Source: a virus (Duplodnaviria > Caudoviricetes). From it: a stretch of 27,719 nt of DNA. The notes beneath the pieces were generated by a model. That model saw only the letters and a program-made list of their open reading frames with translations. It searched no databases and was not told where the DNA came from. The stretch is taken from positions 1 to 27,719 of IMG/VR virus record IMGVR_UViG_3300042430_002946; one strand, written 5' to 3'. Positions 26,251-27,719 of the stretch are shown piece by piece (position 1 is the stretch's first letter; each line of letters opens with the position of its first letter). The position numbers and the translations under genes were made by a program.

Positions 26251-26256
26251 ACCCAC

Positions 26257-26288
26257 ATCTTACCTGGGGTTACGGCCGAGTAACAAGT
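26257..26288 (-). promoter_or_regulatory. Repeated promoter element copy 18
   Basis: + ATCTTA-N6-GTTACGGCCGAGTAACAAGT. Confidence 0.8.
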
Positions 26289-26362
26289 TGGTTTGTAGCC
26301 CCGTACGTACGTTCGTACAGTTGCTTATTGATACTAGCTAATACCGGAGACGGGGCTCAGGC

Positions 26363-26392
26363 AAAGAAAGAGGGGAAGGTTTCCCCTCCCCT
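26363..26392 (-). terminator. Intrinsic terminator
   Basis: Minus GGGGAGGG-GAAA-CCTTCCCC-TCTTTCTTT. Confidence 0.65.
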
Positions 26393-26400
26393 ATCAGAGG

Positions 26401-26649
26401 TTAGTAATCCTCATCATCACCGTGACCGATACCGACAAGGGTTTGGTGGTCTGCCCACGCATCATCTTCGTATGGCTCATTGTCATCATCTGACTCGCCA
26501 CACCAATCGCAATGTGGGTTTTCGTGGGTGAACTCTTGCTCGGTATTTACCCAATCATCACCAGTAAAGAAACCGACAGACTCGGCTTCCAACATACAGT
26601 TATCTCCACAGAAATGAGGGAGGTGGTCGGTGTTTGTTTCGCTGTTCAT
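26401..26649 (-). CDS. Highly acidic Cys/His-containing protein
   Basis: ATG 6 nt after -10; CGDNC, CDWC, D/E-rich tail. Confidence 0.7.
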   Translation of the reverse strand: MNSETNTDHLPHFCGDNCMLEAESVGFFTGDDWVNTEQEFTHENPHCDWCGESDDDNEPYEDDAWADHQTLVGIGHGDDEDY

Positions 26650-26655
26650 ATAAAT

Positions 26656-26687
26656 AACTTATCACGCGTTACGACCGACTAACAAGT
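26656..26687 (-). promoter_or_regulatory. Repeated promoter element copy 19
   Basis: + AACTTA-N6-GTTACGACCGACTAACAAGT. Confidence 0.8.
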
Positions 26688-26750
26688 TACGAACTCAACA
26701 CCCCTTCGGGAGCCGGGGCTCCCGAAGGGGTGGGGCTGGACAGCCCAAAG

Positions 26751-26785
26751 CCCCACCAACCTGTCGTGTCCGAGGGTTGGTGGGG
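26751..26785 (-). terminator. Hairpin after second KTSC gene
   Basis: 11-bp stem, same 13-nt loop as 25605-25641. Confidence 0.55.
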
Positions 26786-26800
26786 TCTCTGTGGGGGGTC

Positions 26801-27097
26801 TTAGGAGAGAACCTTGTAGTTCGGCTTGATGTGGGTGTTGATGAACTTCCCGAAACTGTCAGCGACCAGTAGGTGGAACACCACGGTGGCTGGGACATCT
26901 TGGTAGTAGTAGTGGGTGCTGTTGTTGGCGTACCTGACAGCGAGTGAACCAGTTTGGGAAATCCAGTGAACGCTCTCAATGGCTGACGAGTTTGATGGGT
27001 AGATAATCATTGAGCCGTTTTCTAGAACGCTGAATGTTCCAATCCCCGAAGGGAGTGGGTTGTGTGATTTGTGTGGGAATGTTGCTGTTGATGTCAT
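26801..27097 (-). CDS. KTSC-domain protein (paralog of 25657-25956)
   Basis: SSAIESV...LAVRY...YYYQDVP...LLVADSFGKFINTHIK; ATG 27097. Confidence 0.85.
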   Translation of the reverse strand: MTSTATFPHKSHNPLPSGIGTFSVLENGSMIIYPSNSSAIESVHWISQTGSLAVRYANNSTHYYYQDVPATVVFHLLVADSFGKFINTHIKPNYKVLS

Positions 27098-27103
27098 ACC
27101 CAA

Positions 27104-27135
27104 ACCTTACTAGCCGTTACGCACGACTAACAAAT
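27104..27135 (-). promoter_or_regulatory. Repeated promoter element copy 20
   Basis: + ACCTTA-N6-GTTACGCACGACTAACAAAT. Confidence 0.8.
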
Positions 27136-27150
27136 GTTTCACGTAAAACA
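27135..27150. promoter_or_regulatory. parS: parS site (one mismatch)
   Basis: TGTTTCACGTAAAACA abutting promoter copy 20. Confidence 0.7.
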
Positions 27151-27178
27151 TTGACACCAGTTGTAGCCCCGCATGGGG

Positions 27179-27216
27179 CAAAAGAAAAAGCCACCCGAAG
27201 ATGACTCTTTCTTTTT
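27179..27216 (-). terminator. Intrinsic terminator
   Basis: Minus AGAGTCATC-TTCG-GGTGGCTTT-TTCTTTT; G-U pairs only work on minus strand. Confidence 0.65.
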
Positions 27217-27282
27217 CTGCTCTACCAGTACAGCGACTAACTGGGAGCAAGAACTTTCTCGCTGTCGCTGTTCTACGAATTG

Positions 27283-27462
27283 TTATCCGTAGTGTTTGCT
27301 CACCCATTCAGGTGAATTGGTATCTTCTTCTTCGTAAGTGAAGAAGGCGATATTTTTTCTAAGCCATTGAACCGTGGTGTATGCGCCGACCGTGAATATT
27401 CCCACGCCTGCGCACTTGACCAAGAACCAAGTGACGATAATAAATGCTTTTGCTGTTTCCAT
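27283..27462 (-). CDS. 59-aa membrane protein
   Basis: Not in ORF track; METAKAFIIVTWFLVKCAGVGIFTVGAY...; ATG 6 nt after -10. Confidence 0.7.
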   Translation of the reverse strand: METAKAFIIVTWFLVKCAGVGIFTVGAYTTVQWLRKNIAFFTYEEEDTNSPEWVSKHYG

Positions 27463-27468
27463 GTCTTT

Positions 27469-27500
27469 ACCTTAGCCTTCGTTACGCACGAGTGACAATT
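27469..27500 (-). promoter_or_regulatory. Repeated promoter element copy 21
   Basis: + ACCTTA-N6-GTTACGCACGAGTGACAATT. Confidence 0.8.
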
Positions 27501-27717
27501 TGCGTTCGTCTACTTTTTTGTAGAACGGAACAAGCGACTCTCTGTCCGTAGGTTGTGGGTGGTTGTTGTTGAAATAGTTGGTGGCAAACTCGTCACGGTG
27601 ATAAGTGAACTCGGGCGTTTCTTTTGTCATGTCAATAATTAGAAGGACATTGCTGTCAGTAGAGAAATACCTAATGTATGCCTGTCCTCCGTTGAAATGA
27701 TAGAGACGACCTTCTCG
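27472..27717 (-). CDS. 3' part of a CDS entering from the right edge
   Basis: Open frame REGRLYHFNGG...KLSLVRNEG*; stop is the TAA of the -10 element. Confidence 0.55.
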   Translation of the reverse strand, partial: REGRLYHFNGGQAYIRYFSTDSNVLLIIDMTKETPEFTYHRDEFATNYFNNNHPQPTDRESLVPFYKKVDERKLSLVRNEG

Positions 27718-27719
27718 GG

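Noticed and set aside
12982-26531. Many plus-strand ORFs in the right half
   Set aside because: Antisense shadows of better supported minus-strand genes
15377-27500. Repeat as CRISPR array
   Set aside because: Spacing is 74 bp to ~1.4 kb and contains whole genes; repeats are degenerate; no cas genes seen
15377-27500. Repeat as integron attC sites
   Set aside because: Only ~20 bp, lacks attC R/L box architecture, no integrase seen; fixed -10 and ATG spacing fits a promoter
15365-27500. Repeat as SOS box or PafBC (RecA-NDp) promoter
   Set aside because: Matches neither TCGAAC-N4-GTTCGA nor TGTCGG-N10-TAnnnT spacing
1-27719. tRNA/rRNA genes, integrase or transposase
   Set aside because: None recognised by eye; tRNAscan/Infernal not run

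Overview
Segment of a large bacteriophage genome, very likely infecting an actinobacterium (two WhiB genes, leaderless-type promoters, an LPXTG protein, chromosomal-type parS sites); no capsid, terminase, integrase or polymerase gene lies in the window, so this is inference. 1-3.7 kb (+): LPXTG surface protein, M15-type endolysin and holin-like genes. 3.7-12.7 kb: many small DNA-binding proteins, a metallophosphoesterase/Ntn-hydrolase pair, replication-accessory genes and a possible origin with a DnaA box. 12.7-27.7 kb (-): early-type array of small genes including MoxR AAA+/vWA, DUF1281, WhiB, a ParA/MinD-like protein, DUF3846 and two KTSC genes. The main signal is non-coding: (1) 21 copies of a palindrome-containing promoter element (minus strand TTGTTASTCGYSCGTAAC-N6-TAnnnT), 15 of them 6-7 nt before an ATG, splitting the region into one-to-three-gene cassettes; (2) nine same-strand copies of the 16-mer TCWTCCACCACCGTCR; (3) three parS sites, all close to those promoters; (4) 15 copies of CGGGGCTC. 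All counts are by eye and all functions are from motif recognition only.
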